Shown here: one piece after another, positions 36,121-49,100 of the stretch
Position numbering within the stretch: position 1 is the first letter of the stretch
Layout: every line of letters begins with the position of its first letter
DNA from: Lepidodermella squamata
Lineage: Eukaryota; Animalia; Gastrotricha
Direction: 5' to 3'
Length of the DNA: 64,000 bases
Assembly (NCBI GenBank): GCA_047495785.1
Contig: JBLDXI010000046.1
Coordinates: forward strand, 620,001-684,000
Position numbers and translations under genes: made by a program
The notes under the pieces: generated by a model
What the model was told of the DNA's origin: nothing
The model's input: the letters and a program-made list of their open reading frames with translations, nothing else
Database searches by the model: none

Positions 36121-36866
36121 ATGAATTATCTTTGCGCAAAACGTAAGTCGATTCCCTATGATTGTTCGAAGCTAGCATTTGCCTCTCCTTTGCAGTGAAG
36201 TGTAGTATGCCAAGCCATGATATTTTGGTGAAGCTACAAAACTGCCAGCCAACGATATGTCAGGGCAAAACAAACGCGCCAAAACCGTCAGACTTTAGTG
36301 AAGAGGAGATCTTCATGCTGAGAACATCTTTCGAAGACCTCAAGCGAGAGCGTGACAAAGTTGCTTTGGAAGCGGTTAAAGGGTAAGTCGAGTTTTTTTG
36401 TTTATTTGCTTCTTTTATCTGAGCTGATTTTCTCAGGGTTGCAGCTGCCATGCCAGACGTTGTTCCCATAATTCAAGCAGCCAAAGCCGGCGTTTATAGC
36501 AGCAAAATGGACAACTGGGAGCAACTAGGCCTTGGAATAATCCTACTAAGTGGCCTGGAGCGGTGTTTACTGCGACTTGGCCACCCCGACTACATGGACA
36601 ATTTTTTCAACAATTTGGTGACAAACCACGAAAGGGCGTTACATGTGCCCCGTGAGATGATGCAAACTTCTCTTGTAGTTTTAATGCCGATCATTCTTCG
36701 TCACATTCAACGCCGTCATCACAGCGATTGCTATGGCGAATTATCCTGTGAAACAACTGAGATGGACAACGATTCTTACTCCCAATGCACGCTGTGCAAC
36801 GCATGGCGTAAATTCTTCAGCTTGATGATACACAAGTTGGCCAACGCTAACACTATCCGGACTTGA
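36121..36866 (+). CDS. Divergent single-domain globin with N-terminal extension (3 exons)
   Basis: A helix FSEEEIFMLRTSFEDLK, C2 Pro, E/F region with proximal His (LVTNH...V) and H helix AWRKFF..I. Intron 36383-36436 falls at the conserved globin position B12.2. Confidence 0.7.
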
Positions 36867-38060
36867 TTTTAATGCGGACTTGGTCATGTGAGATGGTTCC
36901 TTCATTCGTGAACTTTCGTCTGAATACTTATTTCATTCATGTGATGTTTTCCATGTCATGTCACGTTATAACGAGAAATTAGGCTAATAACCTTTTTAAG
37001 TTGAATCCGTTTATTCAATTTGTTCAATGTCAAACAATGGAGTTTTTCATGTAATTAGCCGATTTCACTTCTAACAACAGCGTCGCATTATTTCGGACGC
37101 AATTCAATTTCGGCTCAATCTATAGATGAATAAACACAGGACATTAATCTGCTATGCTCATAAAGCTAGTTTCAACAGTTTTAAGATAGAGGTCCTACTC
37201 CTGACTAAGTCTGTAACGATAAATAGATATCGTACCGGGGTTGTAGCGGGGTTTGGTCGGGTTGAATTGACATTAAGGTGGATGAGTTATTGTGTTGCGA
37301 AGTTTGAAATTTCGGCTGCCTGAATATACATATGTATATTCTGTTATGTTTTGGCGCGCGTCCAAAGATGGATTTGGGCGAATTATTTTGGATCTACTGC
37401 AGGTTTCAAATTTGGGCGCCGCACTTCGATGCGGCTATTCCAAACCTGGCTAAAACCGCCAAGAGACTATCGCATACGGCCACGAGCAACAGCCGGGTCC
37501 TCCCGTCAAAAATCCTGCTGGCAAGGAGTCTGATCAACATCGTTGTTGTTGCCGAGGGATTTTCCGCTCGGCCGAGAGTCTTAAACGGTTTGAAGCCGCT
37601 GACGGTACTTTCCCAATCGTACCTCGGATATTCCAACAGCTGTGCGTTGTTCACCCAGCTATTACCCAGAAACTAGCGAACAAAGGCAGCTTCTGTTGCC
37701 GGGCATCTTTGCTCTGTTGACTTAAAAATCCGAAACGATTGAACGTCGACTTGACCTGAACGAAAAAAAGCGCAATTGTCGATTTCAAAACTGGGTTCAT
37801 TCCTGGGTTCCTTCATGGCCTACGACATTTATAGCCACTTTTCTCCTGCATATTAGTGACATAATGAGTTAAACGATGAGTTCAACTGTTCCTTGGACGG
37901 CTGAGAGCATTGGAGCGAAAAATTACTAGCTCATTGCAGATAAATTCTTCCCGGAGTTCTTATGCTTCCCAACGATTCAAGGATATAAGATAGCTTTACT
38001 TTTATTTAAATCGAATATTCCTGAAGCATTAAGTTGAGTAGAAAATATTCAAAAGATGAC

Positions 38061-41000
38061 TTATTGTTGAGTAGGGGGCAGCCTTTTCCTCATTTTCTCC
38101 GCAAGTTCACTGAAGCTCAGCTCCTCTGCATAGTCTATCGCTGTTTTCCCGAATTGATCAACAATCGTCACATCAGCCTCATATTTCAGCAGCTTCGAAA
38201 CTATGCCAGCATGTCCGAGCTTTGCCGCTCTAATCAACGCCGTTTCGCCATCTCGATTCTTAGCGTTCACCTCAGCTTCTCGAATAAGTAACATTTCGAC
38301 AATGGCTTCGTTTCCAGTCAAGACCGAAAGTAGGAGCGGCGTTTCCTCAGTTGTAACCTTCCTAAAAGTTACACTAGCCCCTTGGTCGAGTAGGAAGCGA
38401 GATATATCGACATTTCCAGAACGAATTGATATCTCAAGCGCTGTAACAATTCCATTAAGGCAGGAATTAACGTCGATTTTCGTCGAATCCACCAGCGATT
38501 TCAATCGAACATCATCGCCATCTCGAACTGATCGCAGGAGCTCGAATTCGTTAACCCAAGCGTCACGTTGGTCATTTTCGATTTCGAGATACTTGGGCAA
38601 CAGGAGCTTAAACACATCATTTTGAACATTCTCCACAGCGTATTGAAGAGCAGTTCTGTTGTAGGCATCGGTTTTCGTAAAATCTGCACCGCACTCGATG
38701 AGAATTTCAGCAATTTCGTCCAAGCTAAGTTCAGCAGCAAAAATTAAGGGAGTTTTGCCCGTTTCATTATCGCAGCGGTTCACATCGGAGCCAGCGTCCA
38801 GCAGTCTCCTTACGATTCGCTTCTGATTACTCTGAACCGCCAAATTCAAGGCGGCAGTTCTCCCATTTAGGATTGTATCAGAGTGAACACCACCCCTCAG
38901 TAAGGCGTCTACAGATTCGATATCACCTCGCCGAATTGCATCGTAAAGTTTCGCTTCGTTTACCCATGGTTTTGGGTCCTCAATCGATGGATCGATCAAA
39001 ACTTCGAAGAGACCTGGGTTACCAATCAAAACTGCTATCGATCTGATCGATTCTCCTCGCCTGTTAACGATATCTCGATTTGCTCCGTTTGAAATAAGAA
39101 GCTCAACGATTTCTTGATTCCCACTTCGAACCGCGTAGAACAATGCAGTTTCGCCATCGAAATCAGTCTCATCGACCTTGGCTCCTTTTGCCAGCAAAAT
39201 CTCGACAATTTGTCTGTTCCCTTCTCTAGAGGCGAGCATTACAGCAGTTTGCTTCCGCTTATTAGAAGCGTCGATGGCTGCTCCGCTTTCAAGCAGAAAG
39301 TTAGCTACTTCAAAATGCGACCCAAGCACTGCTTCCAGCAAAGCTGTTGAGCCAGAGTTAGTCGTCAAGTTAAGCTCCGCCCCTTTTTCAACCAAAGCCT
39401 TCACTATTTCGAGGTAGCCTTTGGCAGAAGCTACGATCAACGCCGACCTCCCTAATGAATCGACCAAGTCCACCTGCGCTCCACTTTTGAGAAGCATTTT
39501 CGCAATCTGCAGATCTCCTCTCGACGAAGCAACCATGAGAGCGGTTTGCTTCAGTTCGTCCGACATCGCAATATTGGGAAAGACGAATTTCTTAAGGAGG
39601 AATTCGACAATTTCCAGATTTCCCAGCCTCGTTGCTTCGATTAACGGGGTTGTTCTCAGGTTTCTTCTAGCGTTCAAATCCGCATTTTTCCACTCGAACA
39701 GCTTGGTAATTGATGTCAGATCTTCCTTGTAAACAGCTTCCATCAAATCTACTTCATGTCTCCAAGCATCAGCGTCGTCTCTTATATCTCGCTCCATAAT
39801 AACTCGCGCGCATTTCGTGTGGCCGTAACTTGTTGCGATATTGAGCGCTGCGAGTCCAAACTTATTTTTCAACTTGGGATTTGCTCCTTTCCTCAGCAGA
39901 GATTTAGCAATTGAGTCGAGGCCGAGTCTAGCCGCTATCATTAGTGGCGTTTCATTCGTCTCGCGGATTCCATCGTCAATAACAGGAACTGCGCCGAAAT
40001 CGAGGCATAACTTGACCATTTCGTCATTTTTACTCGAAACGGCGTAACTGAGAACTGTGTGGCCATCCAGATTTTTCGTTGTAGTTACAGCACTGTTTTC
40101 CAGCAGTTGCCGAACTATCCCAAGATAGCCCCCTTTCGCGGCTAAAATTAAGGCTGAGTCATTGAAATTGTTGGTAATATCAGGATTAGCTCCCCGGTCT
40201 AATAAAATTGCGACCAAGCTGTCAAGCCCTGTTTCAGACGCCATCATAAGAGAGGAAGTTCCATCGCGAAGTCTAGCATTGATATCAGCCTTACTATCCA
40301 GTAGTATTCTAACAATTGTGTCGTCACATTTTTGGCTCACTGCCATTAGTAAAGGGGTGAAATAATCGCGAGTCCTTGCGTCGATTTCTGCCCCTTTCGC
40401 GATCAGCAGTCTCATCAGTGGGCCTTCAGAGTTTTTCGTCGCCAGATGGAGTGAGGTTTCATCTAATGTTTTCCTCGCATTGGGATTTGCGCCGTGGGTT
40501 AGTAAAAGGGACGCAACAGGAGAACAGCCGATTTCAGCCGCTGCCATCAATGGCATACGTTTTTCAATGCATCTAACGTCTGGCTCCACTTTGTTTAGAA
40601 GCATCGTCCTTACGACTTCATCGCTTCGATTCTTCACGGCGTAGTAGAGAGGAGTAAGGCCTTCGTCACTTATCGCGTTCGCTTCAGCCTTACTATCGAG
40701 CAAGGTCTTGCAAACCTTAGGATTCCCAGCCTTCGCGCCATGGATCAACGCCGTGAATTTTGACAGATTCTTAGCGTTAGGGTCAGCTCCCTTTAACACA
40801 AGCTTCTTCGCGATAACATTGTAACCATTTTTCGCAGCAGCCATCAATGCAGTATCGCCATTGATGTTGAAGGCGTTTACCAACTCTGGGTTAGCCTCCA
40901 AAAGTAGGTCAACAATATTGCGATGACCTCGCTCTGAAGCCAAGATCAAAGCTGTGCTTTCGTTTCGATCCCTTGCATTTTGATTCGAGCCACATTTCAG

Positions 41001-42766
41001 CAGTAATTTCACGATTTCACTATGGCCCTCACAAGCCGCGTGCATTAAGGGAGTAAATCCGTTCAAATCAGCCAGTTCCATTAAGGCGGACTTTTCAATT
41101 AACAATGTCGCAATTTTAACTCGATTATTTCTCGCGGCGAGGATAAAACAAGTTTCTTGGTTTTCATTGGCAGAGTTAACATCGACACCAATGTTGATTA
41201 GGACATCGGCGAGGTTCGAAAGGCCATACTCACACGAATCGAGCAGGATTTTGTTGGCTTGATATAGCTTCAAGATTCTATCGATAACTTCGTTGCTTTT
41301 CAAAAGTGGCAGGATTTTATCAACCAGAAATATCCCAGCCAGGTAAAGGTTATTGATTGAATCTTCGAAAATCGTGTCTAGGACATTCTTCCCTGCAATT
41401 GGCTGGATTTCGAGGGCCAGTTTGGTTAGAATCGCCGAACTCGATACGTTGATGACTTTGAAGATCAGGGCGTGGTTTTTCTCTCGAATTAAAGCTTGAA
41501 GTAAGTTGGACTTATCTTTCGTAACTTTCCTCGCAGTTAGAATCAACGAAATTGGGATTGCTTTAGACATTTCGAGGAGTTTCTGCCCTGCTTGGAGAGC
41601 TGTTGAGTTCGCGGCGTAGAAAAAAGTGAAAAGCTGTTCGATCTGTTGCTTCTTCCTTGAACGCCTCGCATTGCTTGTATCCTCTTCAGTTAGCTTCCGG
41701 TCGTCGTGAACCTTGATCAAATGACAAATCCCGCGACTTACAAGATTTTCGCAGATGTTTTTGCCGTCAAAGACCGCGATGTTACGACAAGTCGCCAGGT
41801 CTATGGCCGACAATGGGTAATCAGGCGCGAATAGATTGAATATACAAAAATCAGCCAAGCTTAAAGCTGCTTGATTTTCGAAGTTGCAGCTGAACAAATA
41901 ATCGATCAATTTCGCTCGAAAAGCTTCCTTTGCTAGTTTCGCATTGTCGTTGCGAAATTTCATTAAATTTTGCCAGGCACTTCCAGGCTGAAGAGTCGGG
42001 CTTCTGCATACATAACCATGAATCATTCTTGCTAAAAGAGGAATGCCATGGCACAGCGGTGCTAGGTCTTTAATCTTCTCCGGCGGTAATTGTTTCGACA
42101 TTTCGTAGGTAACGTGGAGCATTTTCTGAATTTCGTCGTCGCTAAATGGGCTCAACTTGATTGTTTCGCAAAAGCTGTCGTCCTCCGATAGTTCCTTAGC
42201 AACAGCTTCGTCCTGCATTATCGCAACAGGCCTAAGCAAATGCTGAACTTTCGCAAGCCTTCTGATGATTTTTGGAGATTTCACACCATCAACGACCAAA
42301 ATCATGACTGGGGAATCGGCAGGCATTTGCGAGCTGAGAGTCCTTTCAAACTCCACCTCAATTTCGCAACTACCAGTTGGCTCGAATTTGAAGCCGATTA
42401 ATTGAGCTAGCCGATTGAAAAAGGCGTTTTCCTCGCTTTGAACTTCGGAAACAGCCTCAGATGCGTTGATCCAGATCACAATTTGAACGTTGGGACATTT
42501 CGGAGTGAAAAATCCCGATCTCGCTTTTGATAGTAGAGAAGCAATCACGGCGGATTTTCCAACTCCAGGGGGTCCACATATTGATAAAAGACCTATAATT
42601 TTTGTAATAAATGGCTTGAGAAGTAATTGGGTAAGTTGTTACCTCTTTGTCTGGAGCATAACTTTATCGCTGCGCTTTGGATTGCAAGTTCCTCCTTGCG
42701 ATGTAGGTAGCCATGGGCTTGTGGGATATTGCCAACAAGACGCAAACTAAGGACATTTTGAGGCAT
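38061..42766 (-). CDS. STAND NTPase: Apaf-1-like NB-ARC domain + long ankyrin-repeat array (5' exons uncertain)
   Basis: Upstream exon GNIPQ..YLHRKEEL splices to Walker A GPPGVGKS. Also present: Walker B ILVVDGV, GLPL-like CHGIPLL, and more than 20 ankyrin repeats (TPLMHAA, TALILAS and others) running to the C-terminus. Confidence 0.8.
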
Positions 42767-45042
42767 TTAATGTGAGGAATTTAACTCTTATTTACTAAAT
42801 AGAAAAGTCTTTAGAGTTGACTTACTCTTCATTAGGAACGTCCTCAAACAATTGATCTGGCATTGATGTCACTTGACACTCGTCGGGGTTAATTGAAGCG
42901 ATTATATCGAATAGCCATAAATCTTGAGAGATGAACTGGAATGTTACTACAGATTTCACAAAAAAGCTATCTGTAGATGAATAGATGAAAGGCGATACAT
43001 TCCTATTCAGTTGAAAACGTAAACAACAACCTCTCAATGGCCAAGTATTTTTTCACATTTGTTATTTAATTCACTCTTGGACAAGAAAAAAATGCATTTT
43101 TCGAACAAGAACATCTTTTATTTTATCAATGTTTTTTTACTTGCAGAATGTCAAGCTTTGAGAGTATTTTACATTTTTATTCTGCAAAAATAAAGGTTTT
43201 TCAAGCATGAATGATCTGGAAAGTATCAACGTATGAGTTCTCAGAATGCCTCGTCGTTCTGTAAAAAGTTGAACTGCGACCGAATTTCTGATTCCGATGG
43301 AACAAACGGGCTGTAATCGGCTAGATTGTTCATCGAAATTTTCGTTTGATTCGCCAAGTTCTCGAGAGGCACTTCAGGTAAGGAAGTGTCGACTGCAGAC
43401 CAGGAAGGCGCAGAGTTAGCCGATTCCGAGCTAGCTGGTTTCGAATTTGCAGTTAAGCGATCGTTGGATTGATCAGCACTGTGGTATGTCGTATTGCCGG
43501 TTTTAATCTGGGATACTGAATATCCACGTTCCATTTGCTGGGCGGTGACCAATTTTGACATTAGCTCACGCCATTTTGAGTAAGAAGTGCGGCTTATAGT
43601 TGCCAACGTCATTTTCAACAAAAAATTCTAAATTTGAAAATTCAACAATTTAAAATCAGAACTTGGATTGGGATTGAAAAGTTAAGAAAATGTTTAATCT
43701 TCAGGATTTTCCAGAAAGTAATTTGCCTAAAAAGCGAATAAAAACACTTAAAAGATCGAAAGCAAGATCGATCAAATTACATCAGCATCATCTTATCACG
43801 TTATCAAGGTGTGAGAATTTCCTCGAATTCTAGCTAATATGTAGATCAAGAGGAGTGAGAGAGATGAAAAGCAGCTTCTATATTATCGTAATCAAAAGAA
43901 GACGCACCGGCATCATGTACCAGCTGCTCTAAAAAGCCATATGCACGCGTTCTTTCACTGCTACGATATTATTGTACAGTATGGTTATTTACTTCAGGTG
44001 CACGCAGAGTATCCAGACGCGTGATGCTGATTATAAGGCCCAAAAACATGCACAAATGAATAGGACGGACTTTGAACCTTTATTTTGTCCTAAAACATGA
44101 CAGATAAAAAACGAGGTTCTTTACCCTATTTCACTCAAAACAAAAAATGAGATGAGAAAAATAAATTGCCCAATGAAATATAAGTATTTAAGAGACAATA
44201 ATGATCCTGGGAAAATTAATTCAGAAAATAACAGCCCAAGGGATGCAATTAAGGAGAGCAGCAGAGCAATTTCACGGCCTTATCCTATCTCATTATGTAA
44301 ATGAAAATATATTACTGTATAAATGCTGTAGAACAGTCTCGTCTTTCGGCTGATTTATCGAGCTAAAAAAATATCTATATTTTCCTATAATATGTGTGAG
44401 CGTTTTTTCTTTACTTATCTTGTGTTGTAGCAGAAGACTGCTGTAGTTACTAATGAATGAGTGATGACGCATGTATGTAAATTGCGTTTATGGCGCGTGT
44501 GCGAGGTCGACATATAGCATCATCAGCGTGTCTACAACATATAGCAGCAGTCCAAAGTCCAGCGGTCTTTTGTTTGCTTATTCCGCTCATTATTTTTTGA
44601 CACTGTTTAAACATTATGGGCGTAATTCGGCGTACTATACTTGGCTGCGAATTACATGCTGTCGTTTTATTCCGTTTGCGAGGGTGTTGGTAATATGTAG
44701 GCCAGAAACGGGTGTGTAATTCATCGCGATAAAAAAATGCCACACCCTCCAACTGAAAAGCTAACTCTGCCTTAAAGTGTCCGACTTTCATGGGGGAGGA
44801 GGAGGGTCATTTTTGGCAAATACACCAAAAAATTGTTTCCATCCCTGGCAGCTGCAGAATCCAAGATCTCACCCTGCTTAAAAATCCAAGAGGAATCTCT
44901 AAAAGATGGGAAAAAATTGTAAATGAAACCGATGAGTTAATCCCCTCAGACATGTAGATTCTAACAAAACTCAATCAGAATTTCATTAGAGGGCTTGGCG
45001 ATCTGTAACTTTCAGCAACCCAGCTGATGCGAACTCCACAGA

Positions 45043-45693
45043 ATGACTTTATCAATTGCATTCTTCTTCCTAGTTGTGCTGAACATTTTTCAGGCTATTC
45101 ATTGTGTTGATGATGCCGAATGTGGGAAGCCGCCTAGAATCGCAAATGCTGAGCTGAGACAGGACGGCAAAGCTCTAAAATTCAAATGCAACTCTTTGTT
45201 CAAACTAGTCGGGGATAACCAGGTCTTTTGCGGTACCGACAAGTTATGGGCTATTGATGGCCATTGCGAGTCTGCGATTCCAAAGGAAACAAGTCGATTT
45301 TTCGTGGTGCCTGGTGACTTTTCTTGGACTGGAGGACTGGAAGCCTGCGCCCAGGCTGGAGGGCGTTACGCTGTTATTCGAACGAAAGAAGATCACGAGC
45401 AGGCGAAATTTCTTCATTCATCTGGGCAGAAAGATTTTTGGATCGGTTTGATGCGAGTTAGGGATTTCTCGAAATGCCCATCTAAGTGGCAATGGGTTGA
45501 CGGCTCTTGCCTTGATGATACTCGTAAGAATGTTGAGGCGTGGTGCCCTGGTGAGCCTAATTTCGCGTATGGTATTGAAAACTGGGTTCACTACCGGCAC
45601 TACCAGGGCCAAACCTGCTGGAATGATCTGTACGCGAACACGAAGATGTTTGGTACAAACTTTGCTGCTCTTTGCGAGCGTTACAATCGATAA
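45043..45693 (+). CDS. Secreted Sushi/CCP + C-type lectin protein (intronless), paralog 1
   Basis: Signal peptide, CGKPPRIAN...C...GD...C, then WIGL, WQWVDG, GEPN and WND. Confidence 0.85.
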   Translation: MTLSIAFFFLVVLNIFQAIHCVDDAECGKPPRIANAELRQDGKALKFKCNSLFKLVGDNQVFCGTDKLWAIDGHCESAIPKETSRFFVVPGDFSWTGGLEACAQAGGRYAVIRTKEDHEQAKFLHSSGQKDFWIGLMRVRDFSKCPSKWQWVDGSCLDDTRKNVEAWCPGEPNFAYGIENWVHYRHYQGQTCWNDLYANTKMFGTNFAALCERYNR

Positions 45694-46125
45694 CCTTGTG
45701 AAGAGATCAATAAAAAACTTAATAAAACCGATCGGTAATAAGCAAACATGTCTTTCCGAACGATCAATTTTTCTCATTCTGAAACCCCTAGGTTGAGCTG
45801 AAGTTAAGCATTCAGAGAGCGAAGTACCGCTGTAGGGACGATCCCTCTATACCAGTTCAAATCGGTCCGCAACGCGAACTCAGTCAGAGACCAAAGGTGG
45901 GACCCTTATGTCGATTTTTCCTTTCCTAACCAGTTCTACCCTATATGCATTCAAATCGAAGTTGTCCATCCCCCCTTTCCTCGCTCTAACTGATGGGCAG
46001 CTAGAAAAGCGTTCCATTGAGGCCAAATGACCAAAATGACCAAATGAATCAGTTTTATTTTTCGTCCTCCGTAGGCATGTGATGTTAATATTAGAGAGTA
46101 GAAAAAAGGCCTTACCCGTGAGGGT

Positions 46126-49100
46126 TTAGGGGACGGCTGACGACAGGCGATCGGCTTCAGGGGCCGACAGATCGGTCGCGAACAACCTGCTTTTGCCCAA
46201 AAATTCATAATTTTCGATGCTATTACACACTAATTGCCATTCATCCCGATCTCTGGCATTTATTTCCGCTAATTCTAGATCCGCAATTTTGTGAATTTCA
46301 GTGCGTCGCATTAACAGGGTCGACTTACGAGGTCTCCCGCGTCTAACTGGCTCGTTTGGGTTTTTAATATATTTCACATGAATATCGAACAAACCAATTT
46401 TAAGAAGACTCCTTTTCAAGCTATCGGTCCAGCGGGTTGGCGGTTTACCGCGAGGCAAGTACCAACTCGGGTCGACCGCTTTCCAATGATATATGGCATT
46501 CGTGAGACTTTCAGTGTCATACTCGTCTTGGCGAATAATGTGCCCGAAATATTTCAAACGATGCTTTTCAATCATTTTACTTAATTCCATAACGTCACAG
46601 ATCAATCTAATATCGATGTTAGGTATATAATCTGTTCTAAAAAATCCCATAATGGTTCTGAGCCAGCGCATGAAAGTGACATTTAACCTTTGTTCCTGCT
46701 TAGTAGTTAGGTTCCAGGTTTCACAGGCGTAGGTGACGGTAGGAATTACCACACATTTTAAAACTTTCAATTTTGTGGCTAGGCTTATATGTTTTCTGTT
46801 ACACATCAGCTTGTTAAGAGCACCAAAACAGCTACCAGCCTTCGCTAGGCGAGCTTTGATTTCCTCGTCCATTTTACCGTCTGATGTGATTATGCTACCT
46901 AAATATTTAAAAGATGTAACTTTCTCCAATAATTTTCCATCTAGTTCCAGTTGATAATTGTTATCCTCACCGATCACCATATACTGGGTTTTGCTCACAC
47001 TAATTTTCAGACCAAGCTCCTGGCAGGCCTTGTTGAAGACATCAAGTAGTAATTTAATTTCCTCGTGGCTCATACCAATTAAAGTGCCGTCATCTGCAAA
47101 TGCTATCAGATTCAAAAGCTGCTTACCAGTGATGGGGAAGCCACCCGGGGTGTCCCTCAATTTTTGACAAATTTTATCGAACGTCGCGATAAAGAGTAGC
47201 GGGGACAGGGGGCAGCCCTGTCTTAAGCCCCTCCTTACCACGAAAAAGTCCGAGAGCTTATTGTTAATCCTAACCGCTACCTTGTTGAATTTATAAAAAC
47301 TTTTGATAGCTTGGATCAGATTCGCATCGACACCTAATTCCTCGAGTGCAGCCCAGACCTTTTCGCGATCGATCAGGTCGTAGGCCTTCTCCAGGTCAAT
47401 AAAAACCAAATGCATTTCTTTATTGCCGCAGCAGATGACCTTTTCGATTAATCGCCGTAGAATGAAAATGCAGTCTCTACAGCCTTTTCGAGGTTGAAAT
47501 TCAAATTGCCGCTTTGAGATTTTGGGGCCAATAATTTTCCGCAATTTCCGCTCTAGAATAATAGCATATAATTTACCTACAACGCTGAGCAGACTAATGC
47601 CGCGATAATTTTTACAGTCCGACTTCTCTCCCTTATTTTTGTATAAAGGGGCTATGATCGCCGTCGACCATTCGTCAGGGATAGTTTTTGTCGACCAAGC
47701 CTGATTTAGAATTTGACTTAACCATTCAATTCCGGCTTCGTCCAAGGCTTTCAGCATTTCGGGAGTTACCTCGTCAATGCCGGAAGCCTTGCCATTTTTC
47801 ATGTGATTTAGAGCAGACTTAATTTCTTGGGTGCTAATACCATCAATATCAGGAGGAGGGGGTTCCTCGTTGCCAATGTTTGCATCGCACTCAGCAATGA
47901 AGTCGTCAATCTCGCAACCCTCGAGGAGTTCCGAAAAATATTCTTTCATTGCGTCCAGAATTTTGTCTAAATCCGTCACAAGTTCACCGTCTTTATTCCT
48001 AATGGGTTGTAATTGAGAATCATTCTTATGCTGGTTACGCAACCTTTTAACTTTGTCCCAGAATTTCCTCAAATTTTCCCAGTCATTCCCTTCGTTTAAT
48101 TCATTCAATTCTTGCAATTCCTTGATATCGAAATCTTTTTCCAACTTTTTAAGAAGTCCCTTTTTCCAATTCCGAACCTTATTATAGGCTTGTTTCGTGA
48201 TCTCCGCTTTTTGGTACTGTGCATAGCTGGCTTTGGCTGTTTTCACAGCCTCTGCTGCCTGTTTACACCACCAAGGCGGTTTTGGGTTGAACATTTTCCT
48301 AGCGCGCTCACCACACGCGACTCTAGTGGCTGTCAAAAAAGTGTTTTTCATATTTTTATATTGTTCGCTGAGGCTTTTAGGTTTCGATGCTTCATCTGCC
48401 GCGTTCAAATTTCGGATCCCATTAATTTGTTCGTTGTAGGAAGCTTTGAACTTATCTTGGCGCAAAAGGTTATTCTTCAATACTTTGTCAGTATTTTCCG
48501 CCCTAGGTCTGTTGTAGTACGGGAATTTGAATTTAGCAACCACAAGCCGGTGATCTGATTCCAATATAGGTTCCTCAATGATTTGACACGAATAAATTTG
48601 TTGTTTGTTATCAACAGGCGTTAATATGAAATCAATCATAGACTTGTACCTACCGTCACCTGACACCCATGAATACCCACAGTTTGGGAAAAACGTATTT
48701 GCAAAGCACAAATTATTACTCGCTGCAAATTCAACCCAACAGTTTCCCTTCGGGTTTGCAGTTTTGTTTGCATATTCACCGACGATTTTTGAATTTAGTT
48801 GGCTTTTCACCTGGCCGTTAAGGTCTCCCATGATAACAATTTTACCGGACTTATTCAGTAACCTGTTGTATTCTATCTGCAAATCAGCGATGAATTTGTC
48901 AAGCAACTTCAAATCATTTGCCGCTGGTGCGTAAACAACTATGACACTGAAAGTCTCACGATAGATCCTAAGCCTGACCGACATCAACCTATCGCTTATA
49001 TAATTGACAGTTGTGACTTTAATAAATTTGCAATTTTTAACATACAGACCTGTACCAGAGCGGGCTATTGTACCGTTCTCTAATCCACAAAAGTAAAGGG

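Noticed and set aside
37332-37817. Short ORFs on both strands
   Set aside because: No motif, paralog or consistent splice model.
43241-43621. 126-aa Ser-rich ORF upstream of the NB-ARC gene
   Set aside because: It could be a small gene or a 5' exon, but it ends in a stop and has no identifiable domain, so it is not annotated.
45860-45895. Hammerhead-like CTGACTGAG...hairpin in the LINE 3' UTR (minus strand)
   Set aside because: The core is not CUGANGA and no GAAA follows the stem.
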